From positions 1,798,001 to 1,862,000 of the forward strand of contig NW_027590123.1 of NCBI RefSeq assembly GCF_964213995.1: 64,000 bases of DNA. Reading direction: 5' to 3'. The position numbers and the translations under genes were made by a program. A model generated the notes under the pieces. It worked only from the letters and a program-made list of their open reading frames with translations. It made no database searches and was not told the DNA's origin. This DNA is from Mustelus asterias. Lineage: Eukaryota. Of this stretch, positions 34,989 to 46,671 are shown one piece after another. Within the stretch, counting starts at the first letter, position 1, and every line of letters starts with the position of its first letter.

Positions 34989-35915
34989 CATGGCAGGAGA
35001 GCTCGCACCAATGATATGCTTCTACTGTTCTATGTGGCAACAGTGGAAGTTTCAGGTGTCCCTGGTGACCATGTGTTCAGGAAGTGTGTCCAAATGTAGC
35101 TACTGGCTGACAACATTTAGAAGCTGAGGCGAAGGGGAGATTCAGTGTGGAGCATCCATATTGCTGAGCAAGTTGTCGATCGCACGTTTGGTGAGTGATC
35201 GCACCGCAGGTGAAAGTTGAAAAGGCAGAATGTCCATGGGTGACAAATAGGCGGAGTAGAGGAAGGAAAGTAATTCAGGAATCGTTCGTGGGCATCTCGC
35301 ATATGTAACGCTTTGGCTACTTTTTTTTTGGAGGGGGTGTGGGATGGCGGTGACTGTGCCGGGAAAGCAGTGACAGACAACGACGTGGCAACATGCATGG
35401 GTCTGCTGCACAATAGGGGAGGAGGAAGAATGACATTGTTATAGGGGAAGAAATTCATTTGTAAGGAGGAAAGAATTACCATTTCTGTGATGGTATGTTG
35501 CCTCCCTAATGACAGGGTCAGAATGTCACAAAACGACTGCAACGTTTTATGAAGGTGGAGGTGTTTGTGGCGGGGGGAGGGGGGGCGGTGGGGGGGGGCG
35601 GGCGGTGGGGGTGGCATACTGAAATCGTGGTAAATATTGATATCATCTAAATAATACAACAAGCGAGGAAACCCTGCAAGTAGATTTGAGGAAGCTAGGA
35701 AGTAGATCAGATAAAAAGACCCAAAAGTTAGTCATCTCTGGATTACTACAGTGCCACGTGTTAGTGAGTTTAGAAATAGACGGTTAGTCCAGAAGAATGC
35801 TCTCTGGAGAAAAGGTGCAGGAGTGAGGGCTTCAGACCTCTAGGACACTGGGACTGTTTTGGGAGACCGTGGGACCTGTGCAATGAGGTCGTCTTGCAAC
35901 TGAACCGAAATGGGA
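34989..35915 (+). mobile_element. Degenerate CR1 ORF1 region (zinc-finger and esterase-like)
   Basis: MAGELAPMICFYCSMW..C.KC motif and downstream SGNH-esterase-like remnants. Confidence 0.6.
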
Positions 35916-36574
35916 ACGGCAACCAATATATTGGTTTTAATATCCCAAAATTCCCTCGATTCAGGAATAGTTCTGGTGGATTGAAAATATACTAATACAA
36001 CGTTCTAACTCTTAAACTCGTATTAACTGACATCATCAAATCTGAAGATGTTTATCCCGCTCATGAGTACAGCTTATTTTGTTTAAAGTCAGAACCCTAA
36101 ATGCAGTTACTATTCTGAATTAAAGAAGCTTCTCATTTTTAATCCGCACTAAACTGGACAATAAAACAATGAACATAATGTCCGCAGCAGGTCAGACTTG
36201 CCTCTGTGAAGAGAGAAACATGATCAGGTGACGGCTGTGTGAACTTTGGTCTCAACTGGGAACAGATAGAAAAGTAACAGTTTATTACCAAATGAAAAGG
36301 AGACAATTTATAGCCTTGAAGGATCAAAATTGAGTTCAACGATTGATATATTATTCTCTGTCCTACCTTCTTTCGCGTTTCTTTACCACTTTCTATCCCT
36401 TTATTTGCCCCCTATTTTATGTTGTTTGAATCCCTTCCCGCACCCCCCGCTTTGCCACACGTTCTCCTCAGCTTGGCTGTTCATTTTTTCCTCGGTAGGC
36501 CGGGTCATGAGCAGAGGCATCGGTCACAGACAGAGGACATGTTGCATTTCACCCCACTGTGACCTGTGCTTAGG

Positions 36575-37760
36575 CATAGAGTAGTACAGCGAAGTAGAGG
36601 CAGCTCGTCCCATCAACTGTACAACGACAATGACTACCACGAGCATCGCGCTAATCCCACTTTCAAGCACTTGTCCCAGATCCTTGAATGTTATGATTTT
36701 CAAGTGTTCATCCAGATGCTTCTTAAAGTTTGTAAGTTTTCCGGCCTCCATGACCTTCCCAGGCAGTGTACTGCATATTCCCACCGACATCTGAGTGAAA
36801 ACAAAATGACCTGCTGAATTTCCTGTCCCTTAACTTAAAACTGTGCCCCTTCGTGATTAATCCCTCCACCAAGGGGAAGAGGTGCTTTCTGTTCACCCTG
36901 CCCATGAAACTTATAAACCACAATCAGCCCCCCGCACTCCCTCAGCATTCTCTGTTCAAACAAAAACAATCCAACTCTATCCACTCCCTCTTGCCTGGCG
37001 CTTCCGTGCCAGGGAATATCTTGGTGAATCTGCTCTGTTCCCTTGTTAGTGCAATCACATCCTTCCTATAGTGAGCTGACTCGAACTGCACAGAGTACTC
37101 CAGCTGTGGCCTAACAAACGCTCTGTATAACTCCAATGTTAATTCATTGCCCTTATATTCGATGCAACGACTGATAAAAACAAGTGTCCCATATGCCTGC
37201 TTAACTATCCTATTCAACTGCTCTGCCACCTTCAGGGATTTGTTTATGTATCCCTAATTCACAAGTTCCTCTGAGCTTCCTAATGTCCTGCTATTCATTC
37301 AGTAGTAGCCTGCGTTGTTATTTCTTCCAAACTGCATCACCTCGCACTTATCAGGTTTACGCGCCATCTGCCATTGTTCCTTCCATCTGACCAACAAAAC
37401 GAGATCTTCATTTAACATAGGGCTTTCGTCTTCAATATTAACCACTCTAACAATCGTAGTGCCAGCTGCAAACTTGCTTATAATTCCCCTCAAATTATCA
37501 TCTATACTATTTATGTATGTAAATAAACAAAAAGGTTGGCAGCACTGATCCATATAGTAGGCCACTGTGCACTAACCTCCATTCATTCGAACAGCCTTCT
37601 ACCACTACCTTATATGTCCTATTATGAAGGCATTTTCAGATCCATCTCCGCCCAGTTTCCCTGAATTCCAAGTGCTCCTATATTTTCAATCAGTCTCCCT
37701 TGTGGAACCTTCTCAATGGCTTTGCTAAAAACAAAAGAAAGTACATTAACTGCACTTCCC
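36575..37760 (-). mobile_element. Old CR1 LINE fragment
   Basis: Minus ORFs contain ISKFA, DKCEVMQFGR and FVRPQLEYSVQF. Confidence 0.85.
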
Positions 37761-37991
37761 CCAGTCACAGGAGAAGGAAGTTAAAAGATTCAAATTGAAA
37801 GTGGCAAATTTTGATATGCCTATCGTATGTGCGTCATGTGATTATTCGTCAGACGTTTTTTGTTAATGTTACACCTTTAACTTTTCCAGCTCTGATACAA
37901 TTTCATCCAGCTGGAAGATTAACCTTGTTTCCCCCTTCACAGACTCTGTGAGTCGTGTTTTCATTAAATGAAGAAGTAAACAAAAAGCTAT

Positions 37992-38060
37992 TCACTCCAT
38001 GACTGGGAATTGAACCTGGGGCCATTGTGTCGAATTCTGATCATTGTACCCTCAGGGAAG
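37992..38060 (-). pseudogene. Degenerate tRNA relic (Glu-like)
   Basis: Minus strand TCCCTG..GGCCCCAGGTTCAATTCCCAGTCATGGA; B-box retained, anticodon arm deleted. Confidence 0.45.
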
Positions 38061-38224
38061 CTGACACGAGACGTTGGCAATAAGATGATCATCTCTGTAC
38101 CCATTGCTTTAATTCAAAAACTTTCACTAAAGACATCGTCACAATGTGGAATGATGGGAAGCGGACATGGCAGGATTTGAACTTGATTTTGAAAACCTGA
38201 ATCCATCACCTTAATCTCTGGAAC

Positions 38225-38350
38225 CAAAAGAGCAAACGCTGGAAAATCTCAGCAGGTCTGGTAGCATCTGCAAGGAGAGAAAAGAGCTGAAGTTTCGAGT
38301 CCAGATGACTCTTGGTCAAATATTCCAGGATCCGCAGTAATTTGCTTTTG
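38225..38350 (-). mobile_element. Penelope-type short repeat (family B) with degenerate hammerhead motif
   Basis: Minus strand TTGACCA-A-GAGTC-ATCTG-GACTC-GAAAC-TTC-AGCTC followed by CAGATGCT..GACCTGCTGAG. Confidence 0.6.
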
Positions 38351-38618
38351 TCCAGCCCTTAACCCCTCGGCCGGGAACACAGTCTCACTGCTTGAAATAC
38401 TGTTGCTTATATCGGCAGTCAGTCATTTAGCCTGTGTTCCCGTGTGTGCTCTCTATAGGAGCAACTCCACTGTTTCCACACACGCTCCTTTACCCGAACA
38501 ACCGTTTCATTGGTACTGTCCCTCCACGCTGTTCCTGCCAAAAACGACAGTGCCCACACTCCTGCATTCAATATGAGCTGTTTGCCTTAAGCAGCAAGGG
38601 GCAAAGCGCACAACAATT

Positions 38619-38701
38619 CTCACAATGGTTGGATTTGAAGCCATGCTCTGCAGAGGCTGGAGCATTAAACCCAGCACTGTAGACCACGCGGCCACGCTAA
38701 A
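38619..38701 (-). pseudogene. tRNA-Leu pseudogene
   Basis: Minus strand TAGCGTGGCCGCGTGGTCTACAGTGCTGGGTTTAATGCTCCAG..GCTTCAAATCC resembles tRNA-Leu(AAG/TAG). Confidence 0.7.
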
Positions 38702-39433
38702 CTGCATGGCAATTGTTATTTACTGGTATTGTTACTGAACTACATGAGAAGCAACTGAGCTGAGAAAGGTCATCAGGAGGCTTGAGCATGCTCCTTCACT
38801 GAATCCGGTAATCCTGAAATGTGTAACAAACATAAATCATCCCCAGTCAGAAACACCATGAGCTGCAGTTAAGGGCCGGCGCCATTTAAACTGTCCTTAA
38901 CCTCGTCTGTTTCCCAATCTCCTGCCAGAAATGAAAATAAAACTTCCTGTTGAATTTGATCAGGGTCTTCACTTCAAAAAGGACGGGACACGAGGAGAAA
39001 TTGAGATTTCTCTGTTCTTGCAGGAAATTTTTGATATTTGTTTTCACAGTTTGGACGAGAGCAATAAATCTTCATTTTCTGACCTGCAATCAAAACAGCA
39101 GTGAAAGTGTCAAACTCTAACCACCAGAAAAGATTCTTACAGCGTGTTTGACAATTTGATGCATCCACACTCTGTCTGTTATTTCATCATCATCCATGAT
39201 TGAATGTGTTTAGACAATGACAACAAATGCTCCACTGCAGTTTTCACGTTTTGTTCCCACGGTGCGAAACTGGACAAAAATGTTTTCAAGTATTGGTCAT
39301 TACAGATTAAGATAATTTTCAAAATGTTACAATTCAGTGTCAGTGTAAACGGTAAAATCTGACCAATTATCATGCAGATTTTACCTGGCTTCACCACCTC
39401 TATGCTCAGCGTTTTTTAACCTATCACTGGTTG

Positions 39434-39602
39434 AAGTCTCACAACCATCAGGTTAAAGTCCAACATTATTTGGAATCACCAGCTTTGTGAGCGCTGCCCC
39501 TTTGAGCTCTTGATTCCAAATAAACCTGCTGGACTTGAAGCTGGTGTTGTTCGACTTCTTAATGTGCCCACCCCAGTCCAACGCCAGCAGCTCCACCTCA
39601 TG
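39434..39602. mobile_element. Family A repeat as an inverted pair with central deletion
   Basis: AAGTCTCACAAC..AGGTTAAAGTCCAACA on the left and its reverse complement on the right. Confidence 0.7.
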
Positions 39603-39883
39603 ACAATCTATCACTGTTCTTCTCTTTCTGTGTTTGTGCCTGACCTGTTGCACATGTGACATTTCCAGCTCTGAAGTAAACTTGTAAACTTCACTCTGCT
39701 GATTCTGCTGATCTGCTTTACATCAGAGAGTAAATCAGATTACTTTTAATCGTTTGCTGAGAGCAATGTACCGTTATTTACTGAGCGGGAATTGAAAGCA
39801 AACATAACCGGGCGGGACTGCACACGAACCATTGGATTGCAAGGGTAACGGGTGAACTGTGTTTTTCAAACTGACGTACCCTA

Positions 39884-40186
39884 CGGGACGGTGGTATAGT
39901 GATTGGCACTACTACCTCAATGCGAGGGACAAGCGTTCGATTCCTGGCTTGGACCACTGTCTGTGTGGAATCTGCACATTCTCCCTCTGTTTGTGTGGGT
40001 TTCCTGCTAGTGCTCTAGTTTCTTCCCAGAGTCCAAAGATGCGCACGGTAGATGGATTGGCTATGCTACTTCCTCCGCAGTTTACCTAAACAGGCAGCCT
40101 CGTGTTGTGACCAGCGGATTTTCACAGCAACTTCATTGAAATGTCAATGTAAGCCTACTTGTAACACGAATAAATAAACTTTAAAA
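39884..40186 (+). mobile_element. tRNA-derived SINE (HE1-related head, different tail)
   Basis: GGGACGGTGGTATAGTGATTGGCACT..GTTCGATTCC head; tail AATAAATAAACTTTAAA also seen inverted near 20640 and 47030. Confidence 0.7.
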
Positions 40187-41169
40187 ACACTTCTCTTTGT
40201 TTATTATGTTCATCTCAGATCAATTTCAACAGCGGAAGAATTTCCTTCAGAATATAATGTTTAGTTGGGACATAAATGGCTCCTTCAGTCAATGACAACA
40301 CCCATAGTGTTTCTGGGACATGAAATCGACAGTGAGGTGAAATAGTCTCACAAGGTGCTGAAGTGATAGAAGTCTATGAAAGTCTAAAGGAAACTAATAG
40401 AGTAAACGTAGACCAACTGCTTCATCTCTGGTGCAATCTAGAACAATAATTCACAGGCTTCGGTTGAGAGGCGGTAGATTTAAACCTGAAATGAGGAGGA
40501 GGTACTTCGAGAGAGTGCTGAATCTCTGGAACTCACTGCCCAATAACATGGTGAGTTCTGAAGGGTTGAATGGTTTCAAAAGGAGATAGATATATTTCTG
40601 ATTGTAAAAAATGTTTTAAGGGAAATGAGGAACAGATGGGGAAGTGGATTTGAGATCAGGCAGAGATCAGCCATGACCTGATTGAATGATGGAGCAGGCT
40701 CGAAGGGCTGAATTTGCCTCCTTGAGCTCCTGATTCCCATCTTTCGATATTACTGTGTGGAACTATCACATCTCAAGGCCCACCAACCTCATCAATGTGG
40801 CTCCAGTGTAATCTATGTACAGTACATCCACCGGTTCCCCTTTATCCACAGCACACGTGAGTCCTGGGAAGAACTTCGGAATGGCGTCATTCTGTGGTGT
40901 AATCACTGTTTCCCTCATCAAATCTCTCCTGACTTCCACCCTGCCAGATGTTATGTTTCCTCCCTCCTGCATACCACTTGTTCGAAACTTTCGACATTTT
41001 TAAGCATTCTTGTTTTCAATGAAAGGACATCGAGATAAAAGATGAGCTTTGTTTCTCTGTGCACACACGCTGTCTGACTTTCTGAGCTTTTCCAACATTT
41101 CACCTTTCACTGTATATGTATGATGAGCGTTGGATGACAATTAAAATATAAGCAGGTGCTTTCAGTGAT

Positions 41170-41259
41170 GGCTCGTTTGTCTAGGGGTATGATTCTCGCT
41201 TTGGGTGCTAAAATCCACAAACTTGCGAGAAGTCCTGGGTTTAAATCGCAGATGAGCCC
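41170..41259 (+). tRNA. tRNA-Pro(UGG) with 18-nt insert at the canonical 37/38 intron site; probably a pseudogene
   Basis: GGCTCGTTTGTCTAGGGGTATGATTCTCGCTTTGGG[TGCTAAAATCCACAAACT]TGCGAGAAGTCCTGGGTTTAAATCGCAGATGAGCCC then TTTT; B-box C>T change and a T-stem mismatch. Confidence 0.8.
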
Positions 41260-41519
41260 GTATTTTGCTGCTATTTCGTATTGGGCAATATCCTGGTTTT
41301 GTAAATTTATTTTCCTTGCACACGGCGGGATTGCTTCACATGGGCTTTGGTTTGAGAACTTGAGCACAATCTAAAACCATAGCAGACTCACAAGTAAATC
41401 ATGACATTTTCAATAGGTGACTATGCTTGCGGACATGAATTCAGGGAACTCATGCATTCAGACGATCTCCCACGTTGCCGGACGCTTGGGAGGAAATTTC
41501 CCTTGGGGGGAAATCTCCC

Positions 41520-42845
41520 TTCCAGAGATATCTGAATCATCGACAGCCACAGGTAAGGTCCCTGAAGATTGGAGGGTGGCAAATGTCGTGCTTTTGTTTT
41601 AAAAAGGCTGCAGGGAAAAGCCTGGGAACTATAAGCCGGTGAGCCTCACATCTGGAATGGGTAAGTTATTAGAAGGTAGTCTGAGAGACAGGAGCTACAG
41701 GCATTTAGAGAGGCAAGGGCTGATTAGGGACAGTCAGCATGGTTTTGTGAGTGGAAAACCATGTTTCAAAAATTTGATTGAATTTTTTGAAGGGATAACC
41801 AAGAACGTACATGAGGGCAGTGCAGATAATGTTGTCGACATGGACTTTAGCAAAGCTTTGACAAGGTACCACATGGTAGGTTGTTGCATAAGTTTAAACC
41901 TCATGGGATCCAAGGTGAGGTATTCAAATGGATACAAAATTGGCTTCATGACAGAAGCCAGCGGGTGGTTATAGACGGTTGTTTTTCAAACTGGGGGCTT
42001 GTGACCAGCGGTGTGCCTCAGGGGTTGGTGCTGGTTCCATTGTTATTTGTCATTTATATTAATGATTTGGATGAGAATACAAGGGATTTGGTTAGTAAAT
42101 TTGCAGATGGCACCGAGATTGGTGGCATAGTGGACAGTGAAGAAGGTTATCTCGGATTGCAATGGGACCTTGATTAATTGGGCCAATGGGCTGACGAATG
42201 GCAGATGGAGTTTATTTCAGATAAATGCGATTAGATGCGTTTTGGTAGATCGAGCCAGGACAGGACTTGCGCAGTTAATGGTAGGGCGTTGGTGAGAATT
42301 ATAGAAAAAAGTGATCTCGGGGTACAGTTCATAGCTCCTTGAAAGTGGAGTCACAGGTGGACAGAATGGTGAAGGAGGCATTCAGCATGCTTGGTTTCAT
42401 TGGTCAGAACATTGAATGAAGGAGTTGGTACGTCTCGTTGAAGATGTACAAGACATTTGTAAGGCCTCACTTGGAATACCTTATTATAGAAAGGATATTA
42501 TTAAACTAGAAGGAGTGCGGAAAAGATTTACTTGGATGCTGCCGGAACTTGATAGAGGCTGGATAGACTGGGACTTCTTTCTCTCGAGCGTAGGAGACAG
42601 AGGGGTGACCTTATAGACGTTCTTAAAATAATGAGGGGCATAGATCAGCTGGATAGTCAATATATTTTCCCAAAGGTAGGGGAGTCTAAAACTAGAGGGC
42701 ATAGGTTTAAGGTAAGAGGGGAGAGATGCAAAACGGTCCCGATGATCAATTTTTTTACACAGAAGATGGTGAGTGTCTGGAACAAGTTGCCAGTGGTACC
42801 AGTAGAGGCGGGTACAAGTTTGTACTTTATAAAGTGTTTAGAGTA
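41520..42845 (+). mobile_element. Degenerate CR1 LINE (RT region)
   Basis: PEDWRVANV, DSQHGF, SGVPQG and KFAD motifs with several stops and frameshifts. Confidence 0.9.
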
Positions 42846-43719
42846 AGGATAGGTTAAAATGCTAGAAGTTGGACCGTGCTGAAGCCATCCGATTGAATGC
42901 CTGATTTAGCAGACTATGGTCTTCGAGATTTGAGATTGGACACGCACGTGTGGAAGATACAGTGTGACAAGCATCTGGTAGATACAGTGTAGACCTTATT
43001 TTGCGTGGCAGCTGCCACATAATTTCAGAGCGCAATGTGCCTGATCACATACAGCTTACTGGTTTGGATAACTGTACATTTATCGTGCATATGGACTCGG
43101 AATGATAACCCTGTTTCGTGCTCGAACGTTTCTGTCAGAACTGCTGTGTTCATGTAGCGTTTTCTGTTTCTGTTTCAGATTTTCAGCACCTGCAGTATTT
43201 TAATTTTATTAGGAAAGTGGCGTCGAGTTTTTTGTTTTCATGTATTTACGTGTCCATTCCTCTATTCTCTGTTTGTAAACCCAGAAACGTGGGCGTCGGA
43301 CGGTGCCTCCTGAGCAGAAGACAAAGTGTGAGGGCAGAAGTTAATTCAATTTCAGTGCATCTGCACCATCTAGGGCTACATAATTGTCATGCAGGATATT
43401 GGTATCCCTTCATTAAACTGCTAAATCAATAGCAGGTAATGGCCGGACTCTCTGTCAACGTGGGTGTAGAGTAACCCCGGGGCTCTCGGAGCTTCCTAGA
43501 AAATGCCTGACGTGAGTCAGTTCAAACAATGGATTGGGAATAATTAATGACAGGTTAAACAGCATATGAATTATTATTTCAATTAATGCACATAGACTAA
43601 GAACATTTATTTCTCATGTGGATCGGGGAGGATATCCGTTGGGTCACATAGTCAGGAAGGTCAAAAGTTGATTTTGATCTGAAATTAACGTTGGTTTAGA
43701 GTGAATTGATTAATGAAAC

Positions 43720-43930
43720 AAAAGCAAAAAATTGTGGATGCTGGAATCTGAAACAAAAACAGAAAAATGCCAAAACATTTCAGCAGGTATGTTAGCATCT
43801 GTGAGGAGAGAACAGAGCCAACTTTTCGATTTTCGAGTTGCATGTCCCTTCCTCGGAGACTCGTAGCGTTGGCTGTATTCTGCCCCCACAGATGCTGTCA
43901 GACCTACTGAGATTTTCCAGCATTTTCTGA
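43720..43930. repeat. Inverted pair of family B repeats directly 3' of the GPCR stop codon
   Basis: CAGAAAAATGC..CAGCAGGT..AGCATCTGTG on the left versus CACAGATGCT..ACCTACTGAG..GCATTTTCTG on the right. Confidence 0.75.
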
Positions 43931-46671
43931 TTAATTAAACAATTTGCCAATTAGTGTCAGGGGATACTTCACCCCATTCTTTATCTCATTTCTAAATTGA
44001 CTCTGGGTCCCTGCATAAATAAAGGGATTGATGCAGGAACTCAGAAGCTGAAGCATAGTTCCACTTTCACCCAAAATAAATATTGAGTTACTGGAATCAG
44101 AACCTGAGGAATAAGTAAGATTCGCAAGTCGTACATAGAGAATTGTTACAAAAAGTAATAAGTACAACAGAATGAAACTCCCCGAGATACAAAAGAGTAA
44201 AACAATGGACTTCCTCCGTTTCTTCATCTCTGGGTCACTTTGATTCTCTCCACTGCTCTGGGCCCGGAGTCTCCTGCGGGCTCGATTGGCCGCTAAAATG
44301 TGTCTGACGGTCAGAGCATTGAGCAGTAAGATCAGAATAAATGGGAGACAACGGGTTAAAATGACGAGAATCCAGTCAAATGCCACCCATATTGGTGACG
44401 TATAAAATACAGATTTTCCACTGCAAAGCCAAGGAATACCGTTGAGGATAAACAAAGGCTCATATGCAAAGTACCAAGGGCTGTTTACAACACAACTCAG
44501 AACACAAACAATGCCTATTACCGTCGCTGCCGTTTCCTTGCTGCAGTATTTTGTTTTCAATTTCTGGCAACAAATAGCGATGAATCGATCAAAGGTAAAA
44601 GCGACTGTTGTCCAAACAGAACAATCTCTGACTCCATAAATGATCACAAAGCTGAGACTACAGGCCGGAGTGATGGAGAGGAAGCTGAATGGGAAATAGA
44701 TACGGGCAATCCGGTTTAATATCACAGCTGTAATAATGACCAGGAAATCTGTCACCGCCATAGATATCAAATAGTAAGTGATAAATCCAGAGAGACCACA
44801 TCTTCCACGGGCTAGGACGACAATCACTGCCAAGTTTGCTGTGTTGTAAGCAAAATAAACTGTGAATAAACTGTAGAAAGACAATGAAAGATCAAATGCT
44901 TAAAAGATTGAATGACTAAAAAGCCAATGTTAAGAGAAACCAGAATTGGCAATCCGAGTTGATGACCTTTCTTTTCCACTCGAGAAGAATCCTTCCTAAA
45001 TTGCAACATTTCCCCAATACGGTACTGAACTGTGAGGAAAATTTCCTGGATATTTATCGCGCTACTTGATGACTCAGCTACAAGAAATACAGTCAGTTGG
45101 TATCTTGTTCAACGTGTAGAGAAGAGAGAAAACATGGCCAAGTCATTGTCAAATCCAACGACCACTAACATTAAAACAATTTGGCTGAAATGCAGGATAT
45201 GAAATTGAATGTCCAGGAATGTCAAGTGCCTCATAGGGCGAGAAAAAAAATGGAATATAAAGGCAAAGTACTGCGGATGCTGGAATCTGAAAAAGAAAAA
45301 TAAATGCTGGAGGAACTCAGCAAGCCGGACAGCATCTGTGGAGAGAGAATGGAGTGAATATTTCGAGTCTAGATGACGCTTCATCAGAGTCGGGGAACTT
45401 ATTTCACTCAAAATGTGAGAACGTGGTTGGAATTGAAAATGATCCTGGAATCCACATTGATAATTAATTGAAACAATTGAAAGCAAATGTTTCGCGGTAG
45501 CGGATACAACAAAATCTACCTGCAAAGCTTAAGCCATGATTTAGTTAATAAAACTTCATTGTCTGAGTCATATGGTTGTGGGTTCAAGATCTATTCCAGG
45601 ACTTTTGGACAAATGGAAGTTTGAAGTGTCAGTGATTTCATCTTCTGGCTAAGTACAATAAGTTGAGTCCCTGTCTAAATAAGACACGGAAACAAAATCA
45701 ACACCAACCTCACAAAGGGAGGTTGTTCACGTTGCCCAAAAAACAAATTAAACATGCAAGTCAGGTAAGAGTGTGATCATTCACGAACAGTTTTAAAAAC
45801 ATAACAGAGCTCTTTTAACAGTGAGATAATCTCCCCACAGTCACAGTGGCAAATCACAACATAACTTACTTTAAACGGTTATATTGGTTTCAAAGTGCAG
45901 CCACAGTGAGGGCATCAACAATCAAATGAAATAGCAATTGCAACATGAGTTGGGGACAGTATGTAGGGGAACATGTAAGCTTGAAGTGATGAAGTTGTAC
46001 TGATCAAGGCAAATGGTATATTGTTAAAGAGGAGAAATTATATAGGCAATGTGCAGTCACCATGCCAGTAAGAGAAAGAAAGAACGCATTGCTATGAAAG
46101 TTTCAATTCATAAAAAGTCTCAGATCGTTATTTCTACATGCAAATGTTTCCTTGAAATAATAGACATTTCCAGGATTGCTGCCTCCATGTGATAACGTTG
46201 CCATTATCATTTGGTAGCTTGCTGCTCAGCTCCCACAATATTAGATCTCCTTGGGTTTCCAAGGATTTCAGCTTGTCTTCTCTCTTCTCCACACGTTCAA
46301 TGAAAGCATGCAGACTTATTTCCTGCAATGGCGGAAAATATATACTTGCCATGAGGAGTAATTATTTCAGGGAAAGAGAAAAACGTAGATAGATGAAATG
46401 AAACACTTCAACTGTCAAACTGCAGAAAGTGTAACTCCATTATACTGGAGAAATCACAGCAAGTAAAACGAAGATTTTCAACATAATTGAGAGAAATTAT
46501 CCAAGGATATCGGTACAATAGTTAAGCTTGAGTGTTAAATATGAATGGCAAGAGGAATAAGCAGTGATTCCCATAATGAATAACTAATCAGTAAACCTTA
46601 CCAGGAATTCCGATAGCAGCAAGGGCAGAATAGTAAATGGCAAACAGCAGACCTTTCGGTGATGAGTGCAT
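43931..46671 (-). CDS. GPR139-like: GPR139/GPR142-like class A GPCR, two exons (46671-46602, 44838-43931), 325 aa
   Basis: MHSSPKGLLFAIYYSALAAIGIP-ANLAVIVVL; YLISMAVTD; SVWTTVAFTFDRFIAIC; LNALTVRHI; SSCINPFIY; GT-AG phase-1 intron at the P/AN position; 978 nt in frame. Confidence 0.92.
45260..45392 (-). mobile_element. Family B repeat with hammerhead core, in the GPCR intron (sense strand)
   Basis: Minus strand CTGATGA-A-GCGTC-ATCTA-GACTC-GAAA-TA-TT; stem I is not well paired. Confidence 0.6.
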
